From NCBI GenBank assembly GCA_030583765.1, contig CP129474.1:521348-585347 (forward strand): a stretch of DNA of 64,000 bases, in the 5' to 3' direction. Made by a program: the position numbers and the translations under genes. Numbering within the stretch: position 1 is the first letter of the stretch; each line of letters begins with the position of its first letter. Source of the DNA: Minisyncoccota bacterium (GTDB lineage Bacteria > Patescibacteriota > Minisyncoccia > 2-02-FULL-40-12 > GWA2-44-9). This document shows, piece after piece, positions 12,025 to 23,639 of this stretch. The notes under the pieces are model-generated. The model saw only the letters and a program-made list of their open reading frames with translations. It did no database searches and had not been told where the DNA came from.

Positions 12025-12843
12025 ATGTCTCGCCATCTCAAGCGGGCCCTTATTCTTGGTGTGTATGCTCTCTTATTCGGGGGCATAGGTTTTGGTATTC
12101 GTGCCCTCAATACTGAAAATCCAACATGCACGGACGGTATTCGTAATGGCGCTGAAGACGGCGTTGATTGCGGGGTTGTTTGTGGCAAGTTGTGCGATCC
12201 AGTGATTCAACCGATCGTCGCTGAGCCGGCGACGCTTATTCCTGCAGATGGCGGATATGATGTGCTTATTTCGTTTGAAAATGCGAACGACGTGTACGGT
12301 GCTGAGCGCATTGAATATGATGTCGCGCTCACATCCGCCGATGGAAGTCTCGTGGACACCATTTCTGGCGTAGCCTATGGCTTGCCGCGTCAGACGTTTT
12401 TAGTGGCGCACCATATCGACGGCGCTCTCACTGATCGTCCCGTTGCATCCGTGACTATTCGAGAAGTGACATGGCGTAAGGTGCGACCTCAAGAGGTAGG
12501 AATTGATGTGCAGGTGCGAGATGAATCGCTTGCCATCGATCCTCGTCCGGGAGCGGCGGTGGAGGCGCGGGGCGTGGTGCGCAATGCGTCGCCTTATCAG
12601 CTTGACCGTGTTGATGTTGTCGTGCTGCTCTATGATGCTACGGAAACCTTAGTAGGCGCCGGTAGCACTAATATCCGTACCTTAGGCAGTGGATCAGAGC
12701 GTCTTTTCACGGTGACTTGGCGCGAATCACTTTCGCGTATGCCCGTGCGCATGCGCACATTCCTTGCCACGAATGCTCTCGCGAACGATGCTTTTCTCCA
12801 AACGTATGACACCTCGCCTGAACGTTTCCAAATTCCTTACTAG
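12025..12843 (+). CDS. Hypothetical membrane-anchored protein (N-terminal TM, Cys-rich stalk)
   Basis: 272 aa with one N-terminal TM helix and native-like composition. No domain was recognised. Confidence 0.5.
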   Translation: MSRHLKRALILGVYALLFGGIGFGIRALNTENPTCTDGIRNGAEDGVDCGVVCGKLCDPVIQPIVAEPATLIPADGGYDVLISFENANDVYGAERIEYDVALTSADGSLVDTISGVAYGLPRQTFLVAHHIDGALTDRPVASVTIREVTWRKVRPQEVGIDVQVRDESLAIDPRPGAAVEARGVVRNASPYQLDRVDVVVLLYDATETLVGAGSTNIRTLGSGSERLFTVTWRESLSRMPVRMRTFLATNALANDAFLQTYDTSPERFQIPY

Positions 12844-12886
12844 CATTGTTCGTTCTTGGATAAGCCCTCTTGATGCGCCACTTACT

Positions 12887-13924
12887 ATGGCATTGCTTGC
12901 GATTGGGGTCTTAAGTATTGTTTCTATGGCGGGGATTGTAGGTACTGAGAGCGCGTTTTTTACACGCCACGTTTTATTTTGGGGCCTTGGTATGAGCGTC
13001 ATGGTACTGCTGTCCTGGATCAATTGGCGCTATTTAAAAAACCACTCAGCTCCTGTGCTGATGGTGTATGGGGCGTGCGTCGTTTTACTACTGCTCGCCT
13101 TGTTGTTCCCAGCTGTTCGTGGTTCGAGTGCCTGGATTGCGCTCGGGCCGCTTACATTTGAGCCATCGGAGCTTATGAAAGTTGCACTCGTAGTGCTTAT
13201 GGCAAAATATCTTTCTCAGCGCCATATCTATCTCCATGACGTACGATATATTATTGGTGCGGGTGTGTATATCGCGATTCCGTTGGGATTGATATTACTC
13301 CAACCGGACTTGGGGTCGGGCGTCATTCTTGCGTCGGCGTGGTTTATTATGCTATTGGCGGCAGGGATTCGAAAAGACCACCTCTTTTTATTCAGTGCGC
13401 TCATGGCGATCGGGGCATATGCCGCGTGGCTTTTTGTACTCGCGCCTTATCAGAAGGAGCGCATTTTGGCATTCGTGAACCCATACGCCGATCCTCAAGG
13501 ATACGGGTATAATATTATTCAGTCTAAGATCGCGTTGGGCTCTGGCGGGCTTCTGGGGAAAGGATGGGGCGAGGGGACTCAAGCAACGCTCGGGTTCCTT
13601 CCCGAAGCGTACAATGACTTTGTTTTCTCTGCTATTGGAGAGCAATTTGGTCTTATTGGCCTCCTGATACTATTAGCGCTTATCAGTATTGTATTGTTGC
13701 GCATTCTAAACATCGGTGAGCGAGCGCAGCATAATTTTGTGCGCCTCTTTACCGTTGGTTTTGTTGCTGTTATAGGTATGCATGTTTTCATCGGCGCAGG
13801 AGTGAATGTCGGTCTTCTGCCGGTGACGGGCATTCCCCTTACATTCCTCAGTTACGGAGGGAGTCACATGCTCTCCATGATGATTGGCCTTGGCCTTGTA
13901 CAGAGCATGAAGCGCTATTCATAG
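12887..13924 (+). CDS. SEDS-family peptidoglycan glycosyltransferase (RodA/FtsW)
   Basis: Multi-TM protein with the ...LGPLTFEPSELMKVALVVLMAKYL... motif typical of FtsW/RodA. The start (ATG 12887) is uncertain. Confidence 0.8.
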   Translation: MALLAIGVLSIVSMAGIVGTESAFFTRHVLFWGLGMSVMVLLSWINWRYLKNHSAPVLMVYGACVVLLLLALLFPAVRGSSAWIALGPLTFEPSELMKVALVVLMAKYLSQRHIYLHDVRYIIGAGVYIAIPLGLILLQPDLGSGVILASAWFIMLLAAGIRKDHLFLFSALMAIGAYAAWLFVLAPYQKERILAFVNPYADPQGYGYNIIQSKIALGSGGLLGKGWGEGTQATLGFLPEAYNDFVFSAIGEQFGLIGLLILLALISIVLLRILNIGERAQHNFVRLFTVGFVAVIGMHVFIGAGVNVGLLPVTGIPLTFLSYGGSHMLSMMIGLGLVQSMKRYS

Positions 13925-13928
13925 CATT

Positions 13929-14222
13929 ATGACCCATATTCTTTCCCTCACATTTACCATCGAGCGTGCGCTCCACGTAGTATTGACCCAACAGGGTAGT
14001 GATTCTATCGTCGCCGAAGTCTTCATCCCTGTGACACGAACGTTTGATTCCGATCTTGTACAAGAGATGCGGACATTTTTTGAGCTCCATGCCGTGGATG
14101 TGCAATCCCTTGACATCCAGCTCAAGGAGGGGGCGCTTGACAAAAATACACTACCGTATAGAATGGCATATACCTGGAAGTCAGCGATAGAGTCGCTCAA
14201 GGCCAGGGAGGCAGCGACGTAA
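13929..14222 (+). CDS. Hypothetical small protein
   Basis: 97-aa ORF tightly following the SEDS gene and followed by a terminator. No homology was recognised. Confidence 0.3.
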   Translation: MTHILSLTFTIERALHVVLTQQGSDSIVAEVFIPVTRTFDSDLVQEMRTFFELHAVDVQSLDIQLKEGALDKNTLPYRMAYTWKSAIESLKAREAAT

Positions 14223-14232
14223 AAGAATGCGG

Positions 14233-14266
14233 CGCGGGGGTTCTGCGTCCCCGTATGCGTTTTTGC
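14233..14266 (+). terminator. Intrinsic terminator
   Basis: CGGGGG-TTCTGCGT-CCCCG hairpin followed by TATGCGTTTTTG. Confidence 0.5.
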
Positions 14267-14451
14267 AGAGGTTGTGTTGTCCATCGTCCCCAACACTTCT
14301 GAGCAAACAAGTCGTTTGGATGATCAAAACTCAATAATTATTAGATACCCTTGCACGACCATATCTCTGGCCGTGTCTATTTCGTTTTATAGGGACTCTG
14401 CAGTGCGCTGCGCACCACCGCATGCACGGGTTCCGCACCATTTCCCTCTGT

Positions 14452-17400
14452 ATGGCAGCACGAAAAGTATTCTCAAAATATCCTCTCCATCAGTATGATC
14501 CCCCACACTTGGTGCAGGTCCAATTGGACTCGTACCAATGGTTTCTCCAGACAGGGTTGAAGGAGCTTTTGCACGACGTCTCTCCTATTGAAGACTGGAC
14601 GGGTAAAGAGCTCGAGCTTTCCTTTTTAGATTTTCGCATTGACGAGCCGAAGTACGATGAGCGTACATCAATCGCAAAAAACATTTCCTACGAGGCGCCG
14701 TTAAAGATGAAGATCAGCGTGCGCAACAAGCGCACCGGTGAGGAGCGTGATCAGGAGCTCTTTATTGCCGACATTCCGCTCATGACTCCGCGAGGCACGT
14801 TCATTATTAATGGCGTGGAGCGCGTGGTTATCTCACAGCTCATTCGTAGCCCTGGCGTTTTCTTCTCCCTTTCGCGCACGAGTCGGTATAAGCGCTTTTT
14901 TGGTGCAAAACTTATTCCATCGCGTGGTGCATGGTTGGAATTCGAAACCGGCTTTGATGGCGTCATCTCAGTCCGCATCGATCGTAAGCGCAAAGTTCCT
15001 GTCACCGCATTGTTGCGTGCGTGCGGCATTGCAAAAGACGACGAGATCAAAAAGCTTTTTGCTGATGTAGATACTGATGAGCACATGAAGTATATCTTGG
15101 CGACTATTCTCCAAGATCCTTCATCGAATGAAGAAGAGGGTCTTATTGAGCTCTACAAGCGCATCCGTCCCGGTGACCCTGCAACTGCAGACACAGCCCG
15201 CCAGATGGTGCAGAACATGTTCTTCAATACGGCGCGGTACGACCTTTCAAAGGTTGGTCGTTTCCGCATGAATGCTCGTTTTGATGAAAAGCTGGACGTT
15301 GATGTCCGTGAAAATCGTATTCTTCGCACGGAAGACGTTGTAGCAATTGTCCGCGAGATTATTCGTCTCAATAACGATCCGCATGCGCGTCCGGACAACA
15401 TCGATCACCTTGGTAACCGCCGCGTAAAGACGCTCGGAGAACTCCTCCAAGATCGTTTGCGCATCGCGTTTGCTCGCATGGAGCGCAATATTAAGGATCG
15501 CATGAGCACGTTGGAAACAACCGACGGTGTTTTGCCATCGCAAATCATCAACGCGCGCCCATTTGTGGCCGCATTAAAGGAATTCTTCTCATCAGGCCAG
15601 CTTTCGCAGTTTATGGATCAGCACAACCCGTTGTCTGAGCTTGAGCACAAGCGCCGTCTTTCGGCGATGGGTCCTGGTGGCTTAACTCGAGAGCGCGCAA
15701 GTTTCGAGGTCCGCGACGTCCACCCATCTCACTATGGTCGCATTTGTCCGATCGCAACTCCGGAAGGTCCGAACATCGGTCTCGTAGGTCACCTTGCATT
15801 GTATGGAAAGATTTCTCCGCTCGGCTTCATTTTGACGCCTTATGTGAAAGTGGTGAAAGGCAAGATCACGGAAGAGGTTGAGTACATGGACGCAGTGCAG
15901 GAGGAGCGCCACATCATTGCCCAAGCAGGTTCTGCTATTGATAAAACTGGCAAGCTTGTGGGTGTGAATGGAAAAATCATGGCGCGCATGCATGGCGAGC
16001 CGACCACCGTTGCTATTGAGGATGTCGATTATATCGACATCTCACCGCGTCAGCAGTTCTCGGTTGCTACCGCCCTCATTCCATTTTTGGAACACGATGA
16101 CGCAAATCGTGCATTGATGGGTTCAAACATGCAACGCCAAGCAGTGCCACTGATCACGACTGAATCGCCATATGTAGGGACGGGTCTTGAAGGTCGCGTT
16201 GCTGTCGATTCCGGGCTCGTAGTTGTCGCACCGGAGAGTGGTACCATTACCGAAGTTGATTCTCGTCACATTGTACTTACGACGGACAAGGGCAAGGAAC
16301 ACGTATTTGATCTTCTCAAATTTGTTCGCTCAAATGCAGTAACCTGCATTAACCAGCGAGCTATTGTGGAGAAGGGACAGAAAGTGAAGAAGGGCGACGT
16401 GCTTGCTGACGGTCCTTCCACTGAAAGCGGCGAACTGGCTCTTGGAAAGAACCTCGTTGTGGCATATATGTCATTTTTGGGTGCGAACTATGAGGATGCC
16501 ATCGTTCTCTCGCAGCGCTTGGTGAAAGAAGATGTTCTTTCTTCCATTCACATCGATGAATACGCATCTGACGTGCGCGAAACAAAACTGGGCCCTGAAG
16601 TAACCACATATGACATCCCGAACGTTGCCATGGAGCGTCTGGCAGACCTTGATGCGGACGGTGTCGTACGTATCGGCGCCGAAGTTCGCTCGCAGGATAT
16701 CTTGGTAGGAAAGATTTCGCCAAAGGGTGAAAATGATCTCACTGCCGAAGAGCGCCTCTTGCGCGCAATTTTTGGAGAAAAGAGTCGCGACGTGAAGGAT
16801 TCTTCTTTGCGCATTGACTACGGCAAAGAAGGCCGCGTTGTCGCGGTAAAAACGTTCTCGCGTGATGAGGGTGACAAGCTCGACGCGGGCGTGATTAAGC
16901 GCATCCAGGTTTCTGTAGCACAGCTTCGTAAGATTCAAGTAGGTGACAAGCTTGCTGGTCGCCACGGCAACAAGGGTGTGATCGCTATTATCTTGCCAGA
17001 AGAAGACATGCCATTTTTGGCCGACGGTACACCAGTAGACATCGTCCTCTCTCCTCTTGGTATTATCTCTCGTATGAACATCGGTCAGGTGCTGGAGTCG
17101 CACATGGCAATTGCCGCAAAGACGCAGGGATACAAAGCGGCGATCCCCGCGATGGCTGGCCCTACAGAAGACATCATCAAAGAAGAGCTGGAAAAAGCAG
17201 GCCTTCCTGTTGATGGCAAGATGCAGCTCTTTGATGGTAAAACCGGCCTTCCATTCGATCAGAAGAGCCACGTCGGCGTGACATACTTCATGAAGCTCAT
17301 CCACATGGTGGAAGATAAGCTCCATATGCGCTCGATTGGTCCATACTCGCTCATTACTCAACAGCCGTTGGGTGGTAAGGCGCAGTTTGGTGGCCAGCGC

Positions 17401-17622
17401 TTTGGTGAAATGGAAGTGTGGGCGCTTGAAGGATATGGTGCCGCGCACACGTTGCAAGAAATGCTCACCATTAAATCGGACGACATTCTCGGCCGTGCCA
17501 AGACGTATGAGTCGATCGTCAATGGCGAAGATATTGTAGCTCCACACCTGCCCGAATCCTTTAAAGTGTTGGTCTCAGAAATTAAAGGTCTCGGTCTTAA
17601 CGTGGAACTTATTGAGCAGTAA
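14452..17622 (+). CDS. rpoB: DNA-directed RNA polymerase subunit beta
   Basis: About 1056-1066 aa. Conserved RpoB blocks are present (e.g. ...GPNIGL..., NMQRQAVPL, ...GGQRFGEMEVWALE...). The start is ATG 14452 or 14422. Confidence 0.9.
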   Translation: MAARKVFSKYPLHQYDPPHLVQVQLDSYQWFLQTGLKELLHDVSPIEDWTGKELELSFLDFRIDEPKYDERTSIAKNISYEAPLKMKISVRNKRTGEERDQELFIADIPLMTPRGTFIINGVERVVISQLIRSPGVFFSLSRTSRYKRFFGAKLIPSRGAWLEFETGFDGVISVRIDRKRKVPVTALLRACGIAKDDEIKKLFADVDTDEHMKYILATILQDPSSNEEEGLIELYKRIRPGDPATADTARQMVQNMFFNTARYDLSKVGRFRMNARFDEKLDVDVRENRILRTEDVVAIVREIIRLNNDPHARPDNIDHLGNRRVKTLGELLQDRLRIAFARMERNIKDRMSTLETTDGVLPSQIINARPFVAALKEFFSSGQLSQFMDQHNPLSELEHKRRLSAMGPGGLTRERASFEVRDVHPSHYGRICPIATPEGPNIGLVGHLALYGKISPLGFILTPYVKVVKGKITEEVEYMDAVQEERHIIAQAGSAIDKTGKLVGVNGKIMARMHGEPTTVAIEDVDYIDISPRQQFSVATALIPFLEHDDANRALMGSNMQRQAVPLITTESPYVGTGLEGRVAVDSGLVVVAPESGTITEVDSRHIVLTTDKGKEHVFDLLKFVRSNAVTCINQRAIVEKGQKVKKGDVLADGPSTESGELALGKNLVVAYMSFLGANYEDAIVLSQRLVKEDVLSSIHIDEYASDVRETKLGPEVTTYDIPNVAMERLADLDADGVVRIGAEVRSQDILVGKISPKGENDLTAEERLLRAIFGEKSRDVKDSSLRIDYGKEGRVVAVKTFSRDEGDKLDAGVIKRIQVSVAQLRKIQVGDKLAGRHGNKGVIAIILPEEDMPFLADGTPVDIVLSPLGIISRMNIGQVLESHMAIAAKTQGYKAAIPAMAGPTEDIIKEELEKAGLPVDGKMQLFDGKTGLPFDQKSHVGVTYFMKLIHMVEDKLHMRSIGPYSLITQQPLGGKAQFGGQRFGEMEVWALEGYGAAHTLQEMLTIKSDDILGRAKTYESIVNGEDIVAPHLPESFKVLVSEIKGLGLNVELIEQ

Positions 17623-17644
17623 TTAACTCCCTTACACTACACTT

Positions 17645-20600
17645 ATGGATCTCTCATACATTCGCCTCACCCTCGCATCACCAGAAGATATTCTGTCGTG
17701 GTCCTATGGAGAGGTTACCAAACCAGAAACCATTAACTACCGTACCCAAAAAGCGGAGCGCGAAGGATTGTTCTCGGAATCAATCTTCGGCCCCACAAAA
17801 GACTGGGAGTGTTACTGTGGTAAATATAAGCGCATTCGTTACAAAGGCATCATTTGTGATCGCTGTGGTGTTGAAGTGACGCGCGCGGTTGTGCGTCGTG
17901 AACGCATGGGCCACATTAAGCTGGCAACACCTGTGGCACATATTTGGTTCCTGCGCGGTTTGCCATCAAAGGTCGCCGGCATCTTGGGCGTTTCTTTGCC
18001 AGAACTTGAGAAGGTTATCTATTTTGCGTCCTATATCGTTACGCGCGTAAATGACGACCTCAAGACTGAAGCTATGAAGCGCGTGGAGCAGGAGTTCAAG
18101 TCCAAGCTCAAAGACACCGACAATACCGAAGAGCAGCTGCGACTGAAAGAGCTCAAGGAACGCGAGCGTATTAATCTCAAAAACTTGCGCGTGCACCAGA
18201 TTCTCTCAGAGCTGGAATATCGCGACCTCTCCATGAAGTACGGAGAAGTATTTGAGGCAGGCATTGGCGCGGAAGGCGTTCGCCGCCTCTTAGAAACTCT
18301 CGACCTCTCTCAGCTTGCTACGGAAGTCGAGCATGAATACAAGGAGGAGATCAACCCGGTTGAGCTGAAAAAGATCGCTCGCCGTCTGAAGCTGATTCGC
18401 GGCATGATAAAGGCGAACATCCGTCCTGAATGGATGATCATGACTATTCTGCCCGTGATCCCACCATCGCTTCGTCCTATGGTCCCGTTGGACGGTGGTC
18501 GTTTCGCAACGTCCGATTTGAACGATCTCTATCGTCGCGTTATCAATCGCAACAACCGTCTCAAGCATCTTCTTGAGCTCAAGGCCCCGGACGTCATTAC
18601 AAAGAATGAGAAGCGCATGTTGCAAGAAGCCGTTGATGCGCTCATCGATAACGCAATGCGCCGCGGTACTGCGACAACTGCAGCAACTACTGGCCAGAAG
18701 CGTGCGCTCAAGTCCCTTGCTGACATGTTGAAGGGAAAGCAGGGTCGTTTCCGTCAAAACTTGCTTGGTAAGCGCGTCGACTACTCCGGTCGCTCGGTGA
18801 TTGTGGTCGGTCCAAAGCTCTCTATGAGCGAATGTGGTTTGCCAAAGCGCATGGCATTGGAATTGTTCAAGCCATTTGTGATTGGCATTCTCATTCGCAA
18901 CGGCTTGGCGCACAACATTAAATCCGCGAGCCGTCTCATTGAACAAGAAACTCCCGACGTCTGGTCTGCGTTGGAAGAGGCGATTCAAGACAAGCTCGTC
19001 TTGCTCAACCGCGCTCCAACATTGCACCGTCTTGGCGTGCAGGCATTCCGCCCAACGCTCATTGAAGGAAAGGCGATCCAGCTGCCGGCTGTCCCCGTGC
19101 ATGCGTTTAACGCAGACTTCGACGGTGACCAGATGGCAGTCCACCTCCCATTAACCAAGGAAGCCCAGCAAGAAGCGCGCGAGCTCATGCTTTCAACGCA
19201 TGGCATTCTCAAGCCGGCAACAGGTGAACCAGTTGCTGTGGCAAGTCACGACATTTCATTCGGATGCTACTACCTCACGAGTGTTGACGCTGGTGCGCAC
19301 GGCTCGGGCAAGCTGTTCTCTTCTTTCGAAGAGGCGCTTCTTGCATATGAAAATGGAGTCGTTGGCCTACGCGCGCAGATTAAGGCAGAATATGCGCCAA
19401 CGGCATCAACATGGCGGCACGAATGGGCAGAGAAGCCAGGCGTTATCGAAACCACTCCGGGACGCATTATCTTCAATAATGTGCTCCCTCAAGACTTTGG
19501 CTTTATCAACCGCACGCTGACCAAGCCAGACCTCAAATCTATCGAGGGCTTTATTTGGGAAGAGTATGGAGAAGAGGTAACCGTTCGTTTCTTGGACGGT
19601 ATCAAGGATCTTGGCTTCCACTATGCGACCATCTCCGGTGTCTCGTGGGGCATGGACGATCTCCGCGTTCCAAAGGAAAAGCCAGAGATTATCGCAGAGG
19701 CTGACACGCTCATTGAGCAAAACCGTCGCTTGTATGAAGAAGGCCTCCTCACGGAATATGAACGCCGCTCAAAGGCTATTGAGATTTGGAGCAACACGAA
19801 GGCGAAGCTCTCTACGCTTGTAAAGAAGCAGCTTGGTCCACAGGACGCAGCATTTATTATGGTGGACTCTAAGTCTCGCGGAAACTGGAGTACGCTCGAC
19901 CAGATGATGGGCATGCGTGGTATTTTCGCAAACCCTTCTGGTGAACTCATTGAATTGCCCGCTAAAAACTCTCTGAAGGAAGGCCTCGAGCCATTGGAGT
20001 ACTTCATCTCTACGCACGGTGCTCGTAAAGGTTTGGTAGATACCGCATTGAAGACTGCATCGGCAGGATACCTGACGCGTCGCTTGGTAGATGTGGCGCA
20101 GGACGTCGTTATCACTGAGGATGATTGTAAGGAAAAAGAAGGCTACATCATGCACGCAGAGGATAGTAAATTTAGCGGAGAATCACTCGGTAAGCGCGTG
20201 AAGGGTCGCACGGTTGCTGAGAACGTAGTCTCTGGCGACGGCACGTTGATTGCGAAGAAGGGAACGGTCATCGATCGTGCGCTTGCACGCCTTATTGACG
20301 AGCACAAGATACCGTCGGTGAGCATTCGCTCGCTTGTGAAGTGTGCATCGCGCCAAGGCGTATGTCGTGCATGCTACGGCTACGACCTCTCGAAGAACGC
20401 AATGGTTGAAATTGGCGAAGCGGTAGGTATTGTCACCGCTCAAGCTATCGGTGAGCCGGGTACTCAGCTGACCATGCGCACCTTCCACAGCGGTGGTGTC
20501 GCAGGAGGTGCTGACATTACCATGGGTCTCCCGCGCGTTGAAGAAATCTTTGAAGCGCGCCCACCTCAATTCAAGGCACTCATTTGCGAAGTGGATGGAC

Positions 20601-21274
20601 GCGTGCTTGCTGTTGAAGATCGCGGCAAGCAGCGCGCCATTGTCATTGAGACCGCAGGAAGCGGTGAAAAGCGTGAATACTTCGTTGCGCCAAACATTGC
20701 CGTTGCAGTTTCGGCTGGCGATCTTGTTGCGATCGGTCAGCAGCTGTCTGAGGGCCACGTAGATCTTCGTGAGCTGTACCACACCACGAAGGATATCGAT
20801 GCAGTCGCTCGCTATATCGTGCGCGAAGTGCAGAGTATTTACTTCCCAACTGGCGACACGATCAACGACAAGCACGTTGAGTTGATTGTCCGTCAAATGT
20901 TCTCTCGTGTCCGCATTATGAATCCGGGCGACACTGACTTGCTGCCGGGTGATGTTGTAGAGCGCCGCCGCCTTCTCGAAGAGAATGACCGTGTTCTTGC
21001 GGAAGGAAAGCAGGAGGCAACCTATGAACAGCTCATCATGGGTATCACGAAGACTTCGCTTACCACTGAAAGCTTCTTGTCCGCATCGTCATTCCAACAA
21101 ACTGCCGGCGTCCTTATTGATGCTGCGGTTGCGGGTAAAGAAGACCACATGCGAGGCCTTAAGGAAAACGTCATTATCGGCCGCCTTATCCCTGCGGGCA
21201 CTGGTCTGCGGGCCCGTCAAGAAGGTAAGCCGCTGGCTCAGCTCGATGACGCAGCGCAAGATGTCGCCGCATAG
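17645..21274 (+). CDS. rpoC: DNA-directed RNA polymerase subunit beta'
   Basis: 1209 aa with a zinc finger (CYCGKYKRIRYKGIICDRCGVEV) and the NADFDGD catalytic motif. Confidence 0.95.
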   Translation: MDLSYIRLTLASPEDILSWSYGEVTKPETINYRTQKAEREGLFSESIFGPTKDWECYCGKYKRIRYKGIICDRCGVEVTRAVVRRERMGHIKLATPVAHIWFLRGLPSKVAGILGVSLPELEKVIYFASYIVTRVNDDLKTEAMKRVEQEFKSKLKDTDNTEEQLRLKELKERERINLKNLRVHQILSELEYRDLSMKYGEVFEAGIGAEGVRRLLETLDLSQLATEVEHEYKEEINPVELKKIARRLKLIRGMIKANIRPEWMIMTILPVIPPSLRPMVPLDGGRFATSDLNDLYRRVINRNNRLKHLLELKAPDVITKNEKRMLQEAVDALIDNAMRRGTATTAATTGQKRALKSLADMLKGKQGRFRQNLLGKRVDYSGRSVIVVGPKLSMSECGLPKRMALELFKPFVIGILIRNGLAHNIKSASRLIEQETPDVWSALEEAIQDKLVLLNRAPTLHRLGVQAFRPTLIEGKAIQLPAVPVHAFNADFDGDQMAVHLPLTKEAQQEARELMLSTHGILKPATGEPVAVASHDISFGCYYLTSVDAGAHGSGKLFSSFEEALLAYENGVVGLRAQIKAEYAPTASTWRHEWAEKPGVIETTPGRIIFNNVLPQDFGFINRTLTKPDLKSIEGFIWEEYGEEVTVRFLDGIKDLGFHYATISGVSWGMDDLRVPKEKPEIIAEADTLIEQNRRLYEEGLLTEYERRSKAIEIWSNTKAKLSTLVKKQLGPQDAAFIMVDSKSRGNWSTLDQMMGMRGIFANPSGELIELPAKNSLKEGLEPLEYFISTHGARKGLVDTALKTASAGYLTRRLVDVAQDVVITEDDCKEKEGYIMHAEDSKFSGESLGKRVKGRTVAENVVSGDGTLIAKKGTVIDRALARLIDEHKIPSVSIRSLVKCASRQGVCRACYGYDLSKNAMVEIGEAVGIVTAQAIGEPGTQLTMRTFHSGGVAGGADITMGLPRVEEIFEARPPQFKALICEVDGRVLAVEDRGKQRAIVIETAGSGEKREYFVAPNIAVAVSAGDLVAIGQQLSEGHVDLRELYHTTKDIDAVARYIVREVQSIYFPTGDTINDKHVELIVRQMFSRVRIMNPGDTDLLPGDVVERRRLLEENDRVLAEGKQEATYEQLIMGITKTSLTTESFLSASSFQQTAGVLIDAAVAGKEDHMRGLKENVIIGRLIPAGTGLRARQEGKPLAQLDDAAQDVAA

Positions 21275-21283
21275 GCAACACGT

Positions 21284-21331
21284 GACAGTAACAGAAACCC
21301 CTCTCATGCCGAGAGGGGTTTCTGTTACTGT
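21284..21331 (+). terminator. Long perfect hairpin after rpoC (terminator-like, weak U tract)
   Basis: GACAGTAACAGAAACCCCTCTC-ATGCC-GAGAGGGGTTTCTGTTACTGT. Confidence 0.4.
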
Positions 21332-21393
21332 GGGAAAACGTTGATAATTTGCCTTGCATTCTGCTGTTTTAGAACGGTATACTGAGGACACTC

Positions 21394-23607
21394 ATGGCTC
21401 GCCAAAGCAACGGGAAAAAGCGTGAAAAACCATCCGATGAGGGCGGGTCTTCGCTTTTCGATATATCGCAAGAAACGCGAAATAGCATCTGGGGCATTTT
21501 AAGCTTCATTACTGCTATCGTGGTCACCTTAAGCTTTTTGGGACGAGCGGGTTCCGCGGGTGAGCTCATTGATTCCGTTTCGCGACTCTTGTTCGGATGG
21601 GGATATATCCTTGTGCCCATTTCTTTTGCGCTTCTTGGCATTTCCTTCATTAAATCTCTCTCGCGACACATCGCCACGAGCGCTGTAGTGGGCACCATAA
21701 CGTTCGTACTCTCGACACTGGCGATCTTGCACATTCTTGGCGATGGAACCTTCGATGACCGCATTATACAGGGCGGATATTTAGGCGTGGTACTTGGATT
21801 CCCCCTCCTCTCTTCAGTCGGCTTTGTTGCGTCTCTTATTGTGCTGCTCTCGTTCTTGAGCATTTCCATCCTCCTCGCTCTCAACGTACCGTTGTCAGCA
21901 CTCTTCATGCGCGCTCCTGAAGAAGAGGCGGCGCCTCAGGAAGATGAGATTGTCATCCGTAACGCGCAAAAAGAATTAGCCCAAAAGCCCGCTCCAGCAC
22001 TTGCAGAAGTAAAACAAGCGGCGCCGCCAAAGGAAAAGGCTTCGAAAGTCGACGATGCTCCGGAAAAAGGTTTTGTTATTAAGAATTTGAAGCTTGGTAA
22101 ATGGAATCTTCCGCCGCTTAAACTCCTTTCGGAAGACCAAGACCAGGCATTGACGGGTGATATTCAAGCAAACGCAAACATTATTAAGCGCACGCTCGCG
22201 AATTTTGGCATTGAGGTAGAAATGGGCGAAGTGTCTATCGGGCCAACAGTTACCCAATTCACCATGCGCCCTGCGGTGGGCGTGCGCTTGTCGAAGATCT
22301 CGGCGCTCGGGCCAGATCTCGCCCTTGCGCTTGCCGCGCACCCCATTCGTATCGAGGCTCCTATTCCTGGAAAATCGCTCGTCGGCATCGAAGTTCCCAA
22401 CAAAAAGACAGCTATTGTTGGTCTCCGCAATCTCCTTGAGGCCGATGAGTATGCTCGTGGGAAAGCGTTCCTACCCCTTGCGATTGGACGTGATGTGGGT
22501 GGTCTTTCAGTCTATGGCAGTTTGGAGCGCATGCCACACCTGCTCGTTGCTGGTGCCACGGGCACGGGCAAATCAGTTATGGTGAATGGCATCCTCCTTT
22601 CGCTTTTGTATAAACACTCGCCAGAAACACTGAAACTCATTCTTGTTGATCCAAAGCGCGTTGAGCTGTCCATCTATAACGACATCCCACACCTCATTAC
22701 GCCAGTGATCACGGATACTAAGAAAGTGATGGGGGCGTTGAAGTGGGCGGTGAGTGAAATGGATCGCCGCTACGATCAGCTCTCAAAGGTTGGTTCGCGA
22801 GATCTCTTTTCATACAACACGAAGATGGTTGCAGAGGGAAAGGACATCATGCCGTTCATCGTCATTGTGATTGATGAAATGGCAGACCTCATGGCTTCAT
22901 TCGGGCGTGACGTTGAAGCGGCAATCGTGCGCCTTGCGCAGATGTCGCGCGCCGTCGGCATCCACCTCATTCTTTCAACGCAGCGTCCTTCCGTTGAAGT
23001 TATTACTGGGCTCATTAAGGCGAACATTACCTCGCGCATTGCGCTACAGGTGGCAAGCCAAATTGACTCGCGCACCATCATCGATATGGCGGGCGCAGAA
23101 AAACTGCTCGGCCGCGGCGACCTCCTCTTCATGTCGGGTGACGCGGCGAAGCTCCGTCGCGTACAGGCGCCGTTAGTTACTGAAAAAGAAGTGCACGATG
23201 TTGTGGCGTTCTTGCGTGAACAGGCAGAAGAGCTGAATCTTTCACAGAATGAGTCTCTGAGTTCTGAGCTTACCAACTCACTTGCAAACGGTGGTCCACA
23301 AGGACAGGGTGGCGACAACGGCTCTGATGAAGATGATCTCTACGACGAGGCAAAGCGCATCGTCATAGACTCAGGCAAAGCCTCAGCATCTTTGTTGCAG
23401 CGTCGTCTGCGCGTGGGATATGCGCGTGCTGCGCGCCTCCTGGACATCCTCGAAGATAAAGGCATCATCGGTCCAGGTGAGGGGGCAAAGCCGCGAGAGG
23501 TCTACGTGCAAGCAGATGGTGCGCCGAGTGCGCCTCCTATGGGGTATGCACCCGTGGCGACGGCAGTATCTGCTGACACGCTAGAAGCAGAGCGAGATGA
23601 GCAGTAA
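21394..23607 (+). CDS. ftsK: DNA translocase FtsK/SpoIIIE
   Basis: 737 aa with N-terminal TM helices, Walker A (GATGTGKSV) and a C-terminal gamma domain. Confidence 0.9.
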   Translation: MARQSNGKKREKPSDEGGSSLFDISQETRNSIWGILSFITAIVVTLSFLGRAGSAGELIDSVSRLLFGWGYILVPISFALLGISFIKSLSRHIATSAVVGTITFVLSTLAILHILGDGTFDDRIIQGGYLGVVLGFPLLSSVGFVASLIVLLSFLSISILLALNVPLSALFMRAPEEEAAPQEDEIVIRNAQKELAQKPAPALAEVKQAAPPKEKASKVDDAPEKGFVIKNLKLGKWNLPPLKLLSEDQDQALTGDIQANANIIKRTLANFGIEVEMGEVSIGPTVTQFTMRPAVGVRLSKISALGPDLALALAAHPIRIEAPIPGKSLVGIEVPNKKTAIVGLRNLLEADEYARGKAFLPLAIGRDVGGLSVYGSLERMPHLLVAGATGTGKSVMVNGILLSLLYKHSPETLKLILVDPKRVELSIYNDIPHLITPVITDTKKVMGALKWAVSEMDRRYDQLSKVGSRDLFSYNTKMVAEGKDIMPFIVIVIDEMADLMASFGRDVEAAIVRLAQMSRAVGIHLILSTQRPSVEVITGLIKANITSRIALQVASQIDSRTIIDMAGAEKLLGRGDLLFMSGDAAKLRRVQAPLVTEKEVHDVVAFLREQAEELNLSQNESLSSELTNSLANGGPQGQGGDNGSDEDDLYDEAKRIVIDSGKASASLLQRRLRVGYARAARLLDILEDKGIIGPGEGAKPREVYVQADGAPSAPPMGYAPVATAVSADTLEAERDEQ

Positions 23608-23639
23608 TGAATAATCCACTGCGCTTGAGGGAGCGTAGT

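Noticed and set aside
14422-21274. Numerous long antisense or alternate-frame ORFs inside rpoB/rpoC (e.g. 16471-17547 -, 18290-19144 -, 20183-20896 -, 19621-20115 -).
   Set aside because: They lie entirely within or antisense to well-supported RNA polymerase genes and have no start signals. They are typical spurious ORFs.
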